This document shows positions 1 to 12,100 of a DNA stretch of 64,000 nt, piece after piece. Made by a program: the position numbers and the translations under genes. The stretch covers positions 62,001-126,000 of the forward strand of contig JAAILG010000182.1 of assembly GCA_012026655.1 (NCBI GenBank), in the 5' to 3' direction. Source of the DNA: Hydrolagus affinis (taxonomy: Eukaryota). The notes beneath the pieces are model-generated. The model was not told where the DNA came from, did no database searches, and was given only the letters and a program-made list of their open reading frames with translations. Position 1 is the stretch's first letter. Each line of letters begins with the position of its first letter.

Positions 1-2689
1 TCTGTCAACAGTAAAACTCCTCATTGCTGTAATGGAGTCTCAGACTAGATTATAAACTCAAACCCATAACTTTTTGCCATTGTGTGAACTAGCCAAACTG
101 ACCTACCAACAGCCATCAGCAAATGCTATTATTGTTCTACTTGGTTCTTCTTTGATCTTAAAGGGCAATCGATGAGACTGAGTATTGAACTCTGTTGCAT
201 GGTCTTAATTTAACCATTCAGAACTCATCACCTAAATGGAGGTATCCCAGAACACCAAAGTTTGAGGCTTATTTTTAAACCTCACACACACCATTATGCT
301 CTCATTGAAAACTAATAGTGTTTGAATATTAATGTGACTCATTTCATTCTGTTGATTCCGTTTCCAAACCCAGATTTAAAAACTCTTGTGTCCTACACAA
401 TAAGAGTTTGCACAATGCCCCTATAACAAAGCTGTTTGCAGTATTAACTAGTGATTTATCTTTCCTGAAAGGTTCCAAAGCATTTCACAACTACCTGCAT
501 TTCACAACGACACAAGATGGTGTTTTAATGGGTAGTTTGGTTTGACAAGTGCCTCAGAATATTACTGCTCTTTGAAGGAGGTGTGGGATTTGACACTTAG
601 TGAGACATGTAATTCTTTGCTCAGAAGTTTGAGATGTATTCATTACTTGTAAAGCTGCTTTCAGTCAGAGATATTACATTCTGGTTGTTGACTAAGTTGC
701 ACTATCAATTCCGGTAACTACTAAAACCACCAATAGTTACTATGGTCACCTTCCCCTTATCCCTGCCTTGGCATCAAACTACGCCATTGTTAAGCACTCA
801 GACATGCTATATAAATGCAAGTTGTTGATGTTGGTTCAAGTGGACAGACTTGTCAGTCTTGGAATCTCTTCATTGGGGAAAGTGGGTATAAGCATACTGG
901 GTCTGAGCTATAATCTGGATCTGGTCCAAGATTAAGATTCTCCATCTGTTTATCTTGTATCGAGCAAAGTATTGTTAAATGATGGATTGTGTGCACTTGC
1001 AAAGAAAGACAAATGAGTTCCCTTCAGTATAATTTTTTTTGCTTCTGGTGAGAGCCAAAAGGTTAATGAGTTGAAATGACTAGTATATATTTTTTGTGTG
1101 GGCACAAGTGATAGTGCTCAGAGGCGCGCTAATTACTCTAGGAAAACAAATGAACTGCTTTGAGCTCATTAGATCTGTTTAGTTCAGGTCTGCAAACTGT
1201 GCAGGAGAGAGGAGATAAACAAACGACCATGAGTGCTGGTGACAATTTGTCAGCTGTGTATCCGAACATCTGTCTTGCCTTTGATGCCAGTGAAAGAAAG
1301 CAACGTCTCCGCCTCCCTCTCCCATCTCGAAGTGTCTCTTTGAGCTTAGACACTGCAGTTAGTTTCGACCCCAACATGAGATTGTCTGTAGGTTTCCATG
1401 GAGACGTACCATTGTCCAGTGATGATGCGGGGCTTGGTGAGATAAAGAGAGGCAGTAAGGCGGAGGGGGATTCATAACCTTCTCAATGAGCTGCTTTCAT
1501 CTTGGCATCTTTGTTGCCTTTTCTGCTTCTAATCCTTGTTGCGAATTTGTGATTAATATTGGAGCCCTTTTTATCATTTGGGGGCTGGGAGAGGGGTATG
1601 GGGTGGGGGGGGTGGGGGTGGAGGGGTAAATCAATAAGTGTGCTTTTGTCAAAATGCCATTGAACTAGAAAACAATTCAATAAGTGTCCAAATGAGTCCT
1701 TTGCCGGAGAATTTCCTGAAGCCACTGAACTTCTTGGAAGCATCCCGTTTTCTTTTGAAGTGCCTGGTTACCACAACGCACTTGCGTGTGAAAAGCAACC
1801 AGTCTTATCTCTCTTTTTAAAAAAAAAGTTTTCCAAGTGAACCAAACTATGGTGAGAATCCAGTTGGCTGAACCACCCTCGTTGCCGGGCCTGTTGGGAG
1901 GCACATCAGCAGCCGAGAGGATTTAAGGATTGATTACAGCCTTCTCCATTACAAAGTGCAGCCGTCCAGTTTGGCTGTGAAATCGTCCCCGTGCTCGATG
2001 TCCCTAGTGCCGTAATGAGGAAGGTTGCATGCGGCACCTTGGCAACTCAACAACTGGCTCTTTCTGTACGGCTTGTAAATATTTATCTTGCTATGGAAGT
2101 TTTACTCGTACACATCAGTTTTTCATGTATTTTGTAACTAATGCGGTTACGGAAATTTAGCACAACTTTATCTTGTGATTGGAGTGTGGAATTGGGGTGG
2201 AGGAGCAGAGGGAGAGCTTCTGGTGGACAGAGCGAGAGAGAGAGAATGCTTGAAAGGCTCCTTTATGTGCAGTTTATTAATTTAACCCATTAAATACAGT
2301 CAATTCACTTCACAGAATATTATGGGAAGGGTTTTGAGATGTCTCAACAATTTCATAAGGCGTTATATCAATCCAAGAATTATTTTTTATTTGAAAATGC
2401 TTCCTCAGTCCTACGTTTGTTTGATTTGTCAGCAATTTTGTTTTTGAAAAAAGCAAACAAAATTGGCTGTTGCAAATACATAGTAATGAGAGTTTGCAGC
2501 TGTTTTTGAAGCCTTGCACTCCTAATTATAGTTGGTTTGGCTGGAGGGTGTGTATCTTTCAATAAGTTACCTCCAGGTATTTTTCCCCATTTAGACAACT
2601 GGATTGTTCATTGTAGATGTCTGTGTTGAGTTGCCGTAATTTAATTATTCATACAAGTCTATACACAACCTATACAGGCAGATAATGTT

Positions 2690-3148
2690 CCATGGAAAAC
2701 CTCCCCTCTTTCTCCTCCCCCCTCTCCAACATCAACCACTCCTTCCCTTTGTTCCTATTTGCTCATAAAACATCCTGCGATTTTTTTTCCCTCTCTCTCG
2801 CTAACATCTGGCTAACTAGTAACTTGAGTTCATTTTTGCCTCCGAGGTTTAGGCAGGCACATGGAGAAAGCAGGCTTGGCTGCTGTACTCCCAGCGCAGT
2901 TAAAATTCAGAGAAACTGAAGCAATCGTAAGTGAAGGTTTAAGTTCAGGGACATTGACAGAAAAGTACTGCATCACACACAGAGGGAGGAGTCGAGGCAG
3001 AGCTGTCTGTGCCTGTGTGAGAAATGAACTGATTCCAGGGGACAGAGAGCGCACTAAACCAGTGGAGTGTGTGACAAGATTTTTAAAAACTCTGGATCAT
3101 TGTATTTGCCGATCTGCCATAACCTGCAGCATGAAGAGGAAGATAAAA
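2690..3148 (+). promoter_or_regulatory. Putative RGL1 promoter/5' UTR region
   Basis: Repeat-free stretch with C/T-rich tracts directly upstream of coding exon 1. The TSS cannot be determined from sequence alone. Confidence 0.35.
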
Positions 3149-3175
3149 ATGCGGTTCCCTTGGAAGCCTAGAATG
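3149..3175 (+). CDS. RGL1: RGL1 coding exon 1 (MRFPWKPRM); an in-frame ATG at 3131 would add MKRKIK
   Basis: Resembles the human N-terminus MKLLWQAKM (M-basic-hydrophobic-x-W-x-x-basic-M). Donor ATG|gtacag, phase 0, matches exon 2. Confidence 0.8.
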
Positions 3176-6100
3176 GTACAGTGCTAACTCTAGTTCTGTG
3201 TGTTCTGTTTAGCCCTCGAACCTGGGGCATGCACGGGAACCAGAGTTGTAGAAGTTTGTGTGTCGATGGTCGCCGTTTGAATCTGTTGTCCCGTTTATGA
3301 AGTACTTTGCAATAGTCGCTTCTGGTGCAGAGTAGAAAAGTGGATGATGATCTAAACCCTGTGATTCTAGGGAATCCTTAAAACTGCAGACTGTGGATCC
3401 CATTACTGAAACGAAACCTGGAAGGTTGAGCAGTTTGTTTTTCAGCTTTGGTCAAAGGGAAGTGGAGAGCGAAGGAGCGTGTTCTCAAGAGTGAACCGTT
3501 GTTGCTTTTACATTTGTATCCATTTAGAATAATTGAGGCAAAGTCCCTGGGGTGTCTTGGTGTGCAATCACAGAGGCCCTGGGGAAGGGATTGAAAAGAG
3601 GGGGAGAATGTTGTAAGATACATTTTTCATCTAGACATTTATTGTATATGCGCATAAATCCAGTGTGTAAGATGACACTAATTCAGGTGACATGACAGAG
3701 TTCAAAAACAGCAGCGACTTCACAGTGCATTTTAGTGACTGAAGTTGTAAAACTTTTGTTTAGAAGTGTTTTCTTGTTTCTTTACAAATGGGATCGTACG
3801 ATGTGCCTTGTTACACTTTACACTAATGAGACTTTTATATTGAGATGAGGGGTGGGTGGGGGGGTGGAGTGGAGAGTAGGGGGGAAGAAACAATTGATAA
3901 GATAAAGGTTCCAAAAGAATGGGAGTTTCCTTTTTTGCCTCAGTTTATGGAATTCAAATCTACAAAAACATTTCCTAATCAGAAAGTTCATAAATTGCCC
4001 TGTATCAGTCTGAGATTGGCTTAGTCAGCTGGCTGGAAGTTACCCAAATCCTTTTTTGTGTAAGTGTGTGTATTGTGGGGATCTGTAATTAGAAAATTGT
4101 ATTTACTTTTCTAGCTGTAAAGATGTGTAAAGCCAGCTCGCTGTTGCTCATGCTGGAATCTCCCTCCTTGTCTGCCTGACAACTCTCCTCTCCAAGGGGA
4201 TTAACCCTGATTTGCTTTTGTCCACAGCAAAACTCGATCCAAGACTGGGGGGAAGAGGTTGAGGAAGGCGCCATTTACAATGTGACCCTCAAGAAAGTCC
4301 AGATACAACAAGCGGCTAACAAGGGTGCAAGATGGCTGGGGGTGAGTACATGTAGTGCGCTCTGAGACATGTTAAGTGCTCTGAGACGCCGTCGGGCGTG
4401 GAGGGCACTATATAAATCGAAGTAGGTGTTGTTGTTGTATTGGTTAGAGCACTTATTGGTTAGAGCACTTTCTCACAAGTAAAAGGACGCAGGTTTGATA
4501 GGGATTACGTGGAGGGAGGGAGGGAGTGGAGGGATTCGAAGGTGAAAATTTGGATTTTTAACTCAATCTGGCCCACTCGGGGCTGGGGATCCAGAAAAGG
4601 TATAGGAGTGATACAGATTTATGATTAATGATAATAATAATAACAATAATATAATGATTGTATTTGATGTAGCACCTTTCACCTTGGGAGGATATATCAA
4701 AGCGCTTTGTGAGAACTAATGTAAAGCGCCTAACCGCCTATATGTTTTATGAGTGAACATTTCAGATTCAAGTATATTGTCTGGATGTTGTCCAAGTTAC
4801 TCATTTGACAGTTGCTTAATCTAAAGCAAGCTTCAAATCTATGCAATGGGTTCCCAGGCTCTGGAATAACGATGCCTTCGATTTCTCTGCGAAGTCTGTT
4901 GGAAGAGCGGAGAGTTTGCGGAATTAACAAGGGTTAGAATTGCTTCTTTTCAACCAACTAAAAGCCTCTTTTATTGTCCCTTTTGTGGTGTTTTGGATCC
5001 TGTTCAGCAAATTTTGACCTTTACATGGGATTTTTACATGACCTTTGAGAGTTTACATGGGATTTTTGCTCCAAAGTAGTTCACACATCCAATTATAGTT
5101 GAAAAACAGTGTGCAGGGATTCTGGCACAGATGTTTACAGCTGGCCAGTTCAAATCCCTCTGTTTTAGCTGTTTTCAATTTTGAAGTAACGTGGCAGAAA
5201 GTGACATGTGGAAAAGAAGAGGCAAGGCTTTAGATGGGTTATATGGGTGGAGGGTGGGGAGAGATGGGATAGGAGGAGGGAATTAAATGCATGACACACA
5301 AATGTCATATCGTCAGATAAGGGAATCCTAATTGGTACTTTTTTTGAATAGATTTGAGGCTCTTAGACATGCAGCTAATGTGCATAGAAAAATACCCATG
5401 AAAATCCAATCACAGCTGCTGTAAAGATATATCCTGGGAAGAAAAAATGCCAGCATCTGCCACCAGCCCTAACTGCTGGGTGGGAACAATTGGCATTTAA
5501 GCCGAAGCGAGAGATTGGAGTTTACTGTGCATCAGACAGTTAATGGCACTGTTGCTTCTGGGTTAGAAGTTTGTAGTTTTGAACCCCACATTCGCCACAT
5601 AATAATAATAATAACCCTTCACAAGATTTTATATTGTAAGTACCTGCTTTGCCCTGGGCATCTCAAGACAGTCCTCTTCGATCATACCTTTGGTGTCCCT
5701 CCTCCTTTGCCCTCCATGCCTCCTCATTGCAACCCCCAGCTTGGGTCCAAACGTTTGACTGTCCAGTCCCTTGGGATGGCACCTCCCAATCTGAAAAGCG
5801 CAATACAAATGTAATTTGTGGTTTGTGGTGTTGGTTCTGGCTTTTATATTTAAGGTGGCAGCAATGAGCCATACCAGTGGATGAATAAATTGCCATGAGG
5901 AAGGGCAGCAACAATCCAGGGAGCTTTACCGTGTTTTTGGTTAATATAATTCTTTCTGCAATGTGAGTAACAGGGTAGTTTCATGAATCCAATGGGGGCC
6001 CCGAGTCCCATGTGTAAGGTCCACGGCTGAGCATGAGCACGTTTGGTGTGAAGTAGCAGGTGCTTCGCATCCTGAATAGCAGGAGTTTGAGACTGGGGCT

Positions 6101-9100
6101 GTGCAGCATCCTAAGTGGAGACCTAGAGCACTCGCCTTGCAAGCGAAAGGATCCGGGTTTAATTCCCTGGCTGTGCAAAATCTTAGCCAAGTTTCCTTAC
6201 TCCACGCACCTCTGTTTACCCAGCTGTAAGTAGGGATCCGGTTGTGTGTAATAATCAGTCAAAAAAAACTTAGCTCGCTATATCAAATGCAAGGATGATT
6301 ATTATTATTTTTGTAATAATCCCTTCAAATAAATAAATATCCACTTTATGGTATATTCTGTGCTGCGCTTTGAGACGTCTCAATAATGTGAGAAGGCGCT
6401 ATACAAATGAAAGGATTATTGTCAGTAAATAATCCACTCAATCCACGTGGGACACTGCAGTGCCTAATTGGCTGCCGCATTTCGTCCACAAAACAGTCAA
6501 TTCACTTTACAGTGTATTCTTGGAAGTGCTTTGAGACATCTTGAGATATATCAAATGCTAGGATTATTATTATTAACAAGTGTTGCTGTGCTCTGCCTGC
6601 CTGTTTTTTTTCTTCTGCACTGCAAAGTCCAAAATTGGAGCAGGTGCATAGCTCGACTTGCTCCAAGATTACAGCTGTCATTAAGCCACATCTTTCTAAA
6701 TCTCACCAGAACTCATTCCACAGCTTAATTTCCCACCACCTCATTATCCTATAATGCAATGCTGCTCCTCGCTCACTCCATCACACGTCCGCCTTAGCCT
6801 GATGTCTTCTTTTTGCTGTGCTTCAGGAGCTAGCCTTATCTAATTTAATGGCTTATCGAGTTTTTCTCTGAGATGCTTTGCTAAATAGGAAACACATGGC
6901 TGGTGCCACGCTCATTAAGTATAAATAGCCTGTTTACCATGCTGTGGTTTCAGTGCCTTTCTGGTCTCTAGTTAGAGAAATACATTTGGAATTCCATTTT
7001 AGCTGTAACCTACTTACACGCTGCATCGTAATTATAATCCTTGCTTTTAATACAGCGCCTTATCAGACAGTGAGACATCTCAGCGCTTTGGGACGTCCTC
7101 CCGACATGAAAGGTGCTATACAAAAGTAATTTGTGGTTGCTTCCAAGCTCTTCACAGAATATATTGTAAAGTGGATTGCCTGTATATTTATGGATAAAAT
7201 CTTGGTTTGTAAATCTGTCTTGATTTACTGATCGGTTGACATTCTCTCACTGTAATTTTACTTCTGGAATTTGGAGTTCTATTTATGTTATGATGAGCGA
7301 AGCCTCCTGCGCTCTCATTCTCTTTGCTCAGCAGATACCCTCCCCCTCCACCCTACCATTGCTGGGCTAGCGTTTAGTCACTTTGCTCTGGCTATCTGAA
7401 GTTCCTTCAATAATCATAATAATCCTTACATTTAACATAGTGCCTTTCACATCCAGAGGACTTCTCACACTACTTTGCAGTGAGACCATGTGCCTTGCCC
7501 TTTTCCTTCTCACCTACATGACTCTGGTTCACAATGATGAGGCTGAGATTGGAAAATTGTCTCGACGTTAAAGCTCCAAAGTGTTTATCCATTGAGCTGG
7601 CAGTGTGCCTATCGCAACCAGGCAGTGATAAGCCAGAGTAATATTTGTGCCATTGTCTTTCATTAACATGCATTCCTTGTAACCCTGTTCCCCCTTCCCC
7701 CACTGCAAACAACCATGTCTTCAACTATATAACAACCTTAGAACAGTTTGCAAAATTATCTAAGATCTTAACCTCCACCCCTACCCCCCACCCCACCAAA
7801 CCCCCATCTGTCCGTCAACTCCGAGTCGATAAATGCCATCTGCTTTGGTAGCTCTTTCAAGACAGTGAACCATTGTTCTGTCTGAACCTCCCACTGGGTG
7901 GTTCAGTAATTTATGGCTAGAAGGTCAAGAAGATTTCACTCTCCGAGATGCACCAGTTCCTCTCAAATCTGCCAAGGGTGAAAAATTGCTCTCAGTTCAT
8001 CCCTGAGAAAGTCGTTCCAAGAAATCGGGCGGACGCATGGAAAATCGAGCCAATCAGTTTAGGACTTGCATCGGCTTTGCCTGCAGTCTGCTCTCAGAGC
8101 TCGGCAGCGAGTCCCTGTTTTTTGTGCAGAGAGTTGAGAATGTTTCTTCTCTCTGTTTTGTGATATTTTTGGAGTTTGCCAGATTTTATGAAGTCAAAAG
8201 TAATCTTTACTGGGTCTAATCACCATCCCTGTTTCAATACGTTTCCATAAAACAAATGCATAATTGCCGGTGAGACAGAAATAATGCATGTTTGTTTGTT
8301 GGGAAAAGTCAGAGTTGTAAAGCAAGAGAAAAATATATCCCCCAATTCAGAGTCAAATTAAAAGAGTTTCTTCTGGTGTACTGGCCAACAATTCCTCAGA
8401 TAAAATTCGTCATTTGCTTCAAGGCTGTTTAGGGGCATTCACTGCGCAGTTTGGCTGCTGTGTTCACCCTGCATTTTACAGTAAAACCCCGTGATTGCTT
8501 TGAGACAGCTTGATGGCGTGAAAGATGTGCTGTCAATTGCAAGGATTATTATCTAAACTTTGGAAATAAATGCCTATGTGAAGAGTGTAACTTTCTGGCC
8601 AGAGAAGTCCTCCCAGTGTTACCAATTTGCTGACTGGGCTCTATCTGATGTCTGATCTAAATCTATACCCCAGTGAAACCTCCTCAAGACAACCCCACAT
8701 TATGATGTGTACCATACAATACACAACCTACTGTAATCAATCAGTCCCTTGTCCCAGAAGGAGTTTTATCTATTAGTGCCCCTTGATGTGGCAGACTTCG
8801 TGGAAACGAGTAATTCTCGGCTAATAATGTGCCATTGGTGTTGATCGAGATCCAGGTGGGATTAGGTCAGTTTGAAAAACTGCCTATTTCTAGAATAAAG
8901 AAGTATGATATTCTAACAAGAGCCGCATTATTAACGAATAGATCTATTTCCGCTTCTGGATGTACGTATCAGCAACTGCACTGAATGAATGTAAATCTGT
9001 TACGGTTTCCACAAGGGGAGTGTAATCTGGCTTCTGGTCCTTGTAGCATGGTTCTGTTATCTCTCGCAGGATTTCATTGTGAAGTATAGTGATTTTGTAT

Positions 9101-12100
9101 TCTGTTGACAAACACAGCAACCAATTTGCCTTCAGGAAAAATCCCACAAACGGCCCAATAGTGAATGATCCTGTGCTAAAGCATTTCCTTTTCTCCTGAC
9201 GAAGAGTTGTAGACCAGAAACGTTGACTCTTTTTCCTTTCTCCATGGATGCTGCTTGACTTGCTGAGTTTCCCCAGCAACCTTTGTTTTTGTTTCCTTTC
9301 CTCCTTGTTGCTTTGATCTATTGGGTAAAGCTACTCTCTCCCTATTGTGCTGTTTTATTGGGTATCTTAACCCATAAAGTTTCTTTAGATTCATGTAGAA
9401 CCTCCTTCCCTTCACCCATTATCCATAAGGACATCCATTACGGGCAAGTGTGACCTACGCTTGCTTTGCCTGGTTTATACTTTGGGTTTTGAGCAGAATT
9501 TAATCCTGTCATGCAAATTCATCCCCAGACTTCTAGTATAAAAGCATCTCTAATTATAAAGCCGTTCGCACTGTAGCTCACTTTGTGAAGAGATTTCACC
9601 AGTGTTTTATTTCAGACCAGGCACTGGGAGCTCAGTAAGCCATTATTAAAGAACTAGCTGTGCAAATGGCTCTTTAATAACGATAAAATCTGAACTGCCA
9701 TGGAGTGCCAGATAGCAGAGTTTTGCGCGTTGCATGTTATATTTATATAGAACCTTTCATGTCGGGAGGACATCCCGAGGTGCGTTCACTGCACAGTGCT
9801 GGATGGGCACATGAATGGGGGTGGGTGGGAACCAAGAAGGGTGAGCAGAGTAAAGATGAGCGAAAGTGTAAACAAAGTGGTATGGTTTTGAGATGTGCCT
9901 TGGAAGAGGGGAGGGAGGGAACTCTCGGATGGAGTACCAAAGAGCAGTGTGGGACTGACAAATCATCTGCTGTCTTGATGTCGGGCCATCGAACAGCAAC
10001 AAGCAGTGGCCAATTATTTCCACCCGGGTTTAAAAAGTAGACAAAAAATTAAAATACTGCAGATGATAGAAATCTGGAAGACAAACAGAAATCGCTGGGA
10101 ACACTCAGCAGATCAAGCATAAACGTTTTGGGTTCACGACCCTTCATCACAACTCAGTTCTGACGAAGGGGATGGACCCAAAACATTGACTAATTTTTCC
10201 TTTCTCCATAGATGCTGCCTGACCTGTTGAGTGTTCCCAGCGATTTTTGTTTGGGTTTAAAAAGTAGCCGTTGGTGTTTTTACATAGATGGTTTATATGC
10301 TAATGTTGCCGACTCTGTGAATGGTCGGATTTAAATTGAGAATTGATTCAGAAATGCCTCGAAGCTGCTCGTGCTGGGACCTGCCCTGCTTTCTATGTGA
10401 TGCGAAATCCAAAGCCTTGTAAATAATGTTTTGGGGTGGGGAAATGCCTACATGGTAGTTCCACTTTCTGAGAATTTAGCCACCAGTGTGGGACAGTGGG
10501 GTTGGAGGGGGACAGGATACACAGCAGACAGTGGGAGGGACTGTTTATCCCTCTCCATTGGGTATTGTAACCACACAGATGAGGTGGCAGTTCATTGTGG
10601 AGGTGGCAGATTCTTCCTTTGGCTGCATTGCTCAAGGGGCAGTACTGCCACTGAAGGCAGGGCTGGTATCGGCTGCAGCGTAAACCCAGAGTACACCCAG
10701 GTCTGACATTCAAGCTAGTTCCCTCCAAGATTGCACACCCCTTTGAACGCACACCTCTCTCCTCAAACCAGCACCCGTTGCCTTCGCTCCACGGGTCTGG
10801 CCTCCTCCATGTCCCCCGAATTCTCTGCTCCACCCTGTGCTTTCACCCACTACGCCCCGAGGCTCTGGAACTCCCTTCCTCACTACCTTCGCCTTGCCCC
10901 CTCTCTTCCCAGTTTCAGGTCCCAGCTAAAGCCCTTTCTCTTCAACCGCGCCTTTGGTCATCTTTCTACCCATGCCCTTGGCTCGGTCCCGGGATCCGTT
11001 ATTGTGAAGCGCTCTGAGATGCCATCCGGCGTGGAGGGTGCTATATAAATCGAAGTTGTTGTTGTTGTTGGTGGTGTTTAAAAACAGTGAGTTTTAAGTC
11101 CTGCTCTGTAGCCGTTAACTCATTCATGCTCCTGGTGGATTTGTGGGGGTTGTGACGGATTCTGGTGGTTGAGGGAGAAGGAGATGCTTCTTCGGGGTGA
11201 CGGGTGGGGGAGAGAATGAAGGGTTTGTTTGTCAGCTCTCAGCACTTGCAAGTCTGACATGAAAATGAGTCAGTGATTGACTTACTCATTACTACATTAA
11301 AATGCTCAATGTCCATGGGAAGGAAGAATTTTTGTTGTGTTGCCAGGTCTCAGTTACTAATCGTCTGATATTTGATCTGTACTTGCCAGTCATTGGCATC
11401 TTAAAAGAACTGTCTGGCTGGATGTCTGATAATTTAAATCAGATAGTACTTTCACATGTTAATGTTATTATCTTTTGCTCAAGTGCAATTCTCAACTTGA
11501 ACCTGCCGTGAATGAGCATTTCGCTCACCCCATTTCTCTGTTACTTGGCTCGGTGGTAGCACTCTCGCCTCTCAGTCAGAAGGTTGTGGGTCCAAACGCC
11601 ATGTGGGGACTTAGAACGTAAATCATCTAGGCTGATACTTCATTGCAGTACTGTCACAGAGGTGCCATCGTTCAGGTGAATTGTTCAATACATATCAAGG
11701 TTAATAAATAAGGATTATCATATACAGATTGATATTTATTATTAACATAGTATACCAATGATCTTTGTACAATATGGCACATAGTCACAATGTTACGCAA
11801 TGTAAGCTATATATATATATACAGTATATAGTTATCAAAGAATCGTGGAAATTAATCCCACTCCCCTGCTCTCTCCCCATAGCCCTGCAATTTTGTCGAC
11901 CCCAAATATTAATCTACTTCTCTCTTGAAAGTTCTTATTGAATCAGCTTCCACTCCGCTGTCAGGCAATGCATTCCAGATCCAAACAATTCATTCGCTGT
12001 GTGTTATACTGGAGACATGGTGCATACATATGCATGTACATCACTACAGGGCATCTTAATGTGTGAATCAAACATTATTGCACTCACAAATATTCATTAT

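Noticed and set aside
1160-1477. 105-aa ORF upstream of exon 1 as an alternative RGL1 first exon
   Set aside because: Non-ATG start in the track, no recognisable similarity, and no convincing in-phase donor identified.
6095-6180. tRNA-Ala-like sequence as a tRNA gene
   Set aside because: No proper acceptor stem or D-arm, and it continues into the SINE body; the same applies to the heads at 11540, 58976 and 62200.
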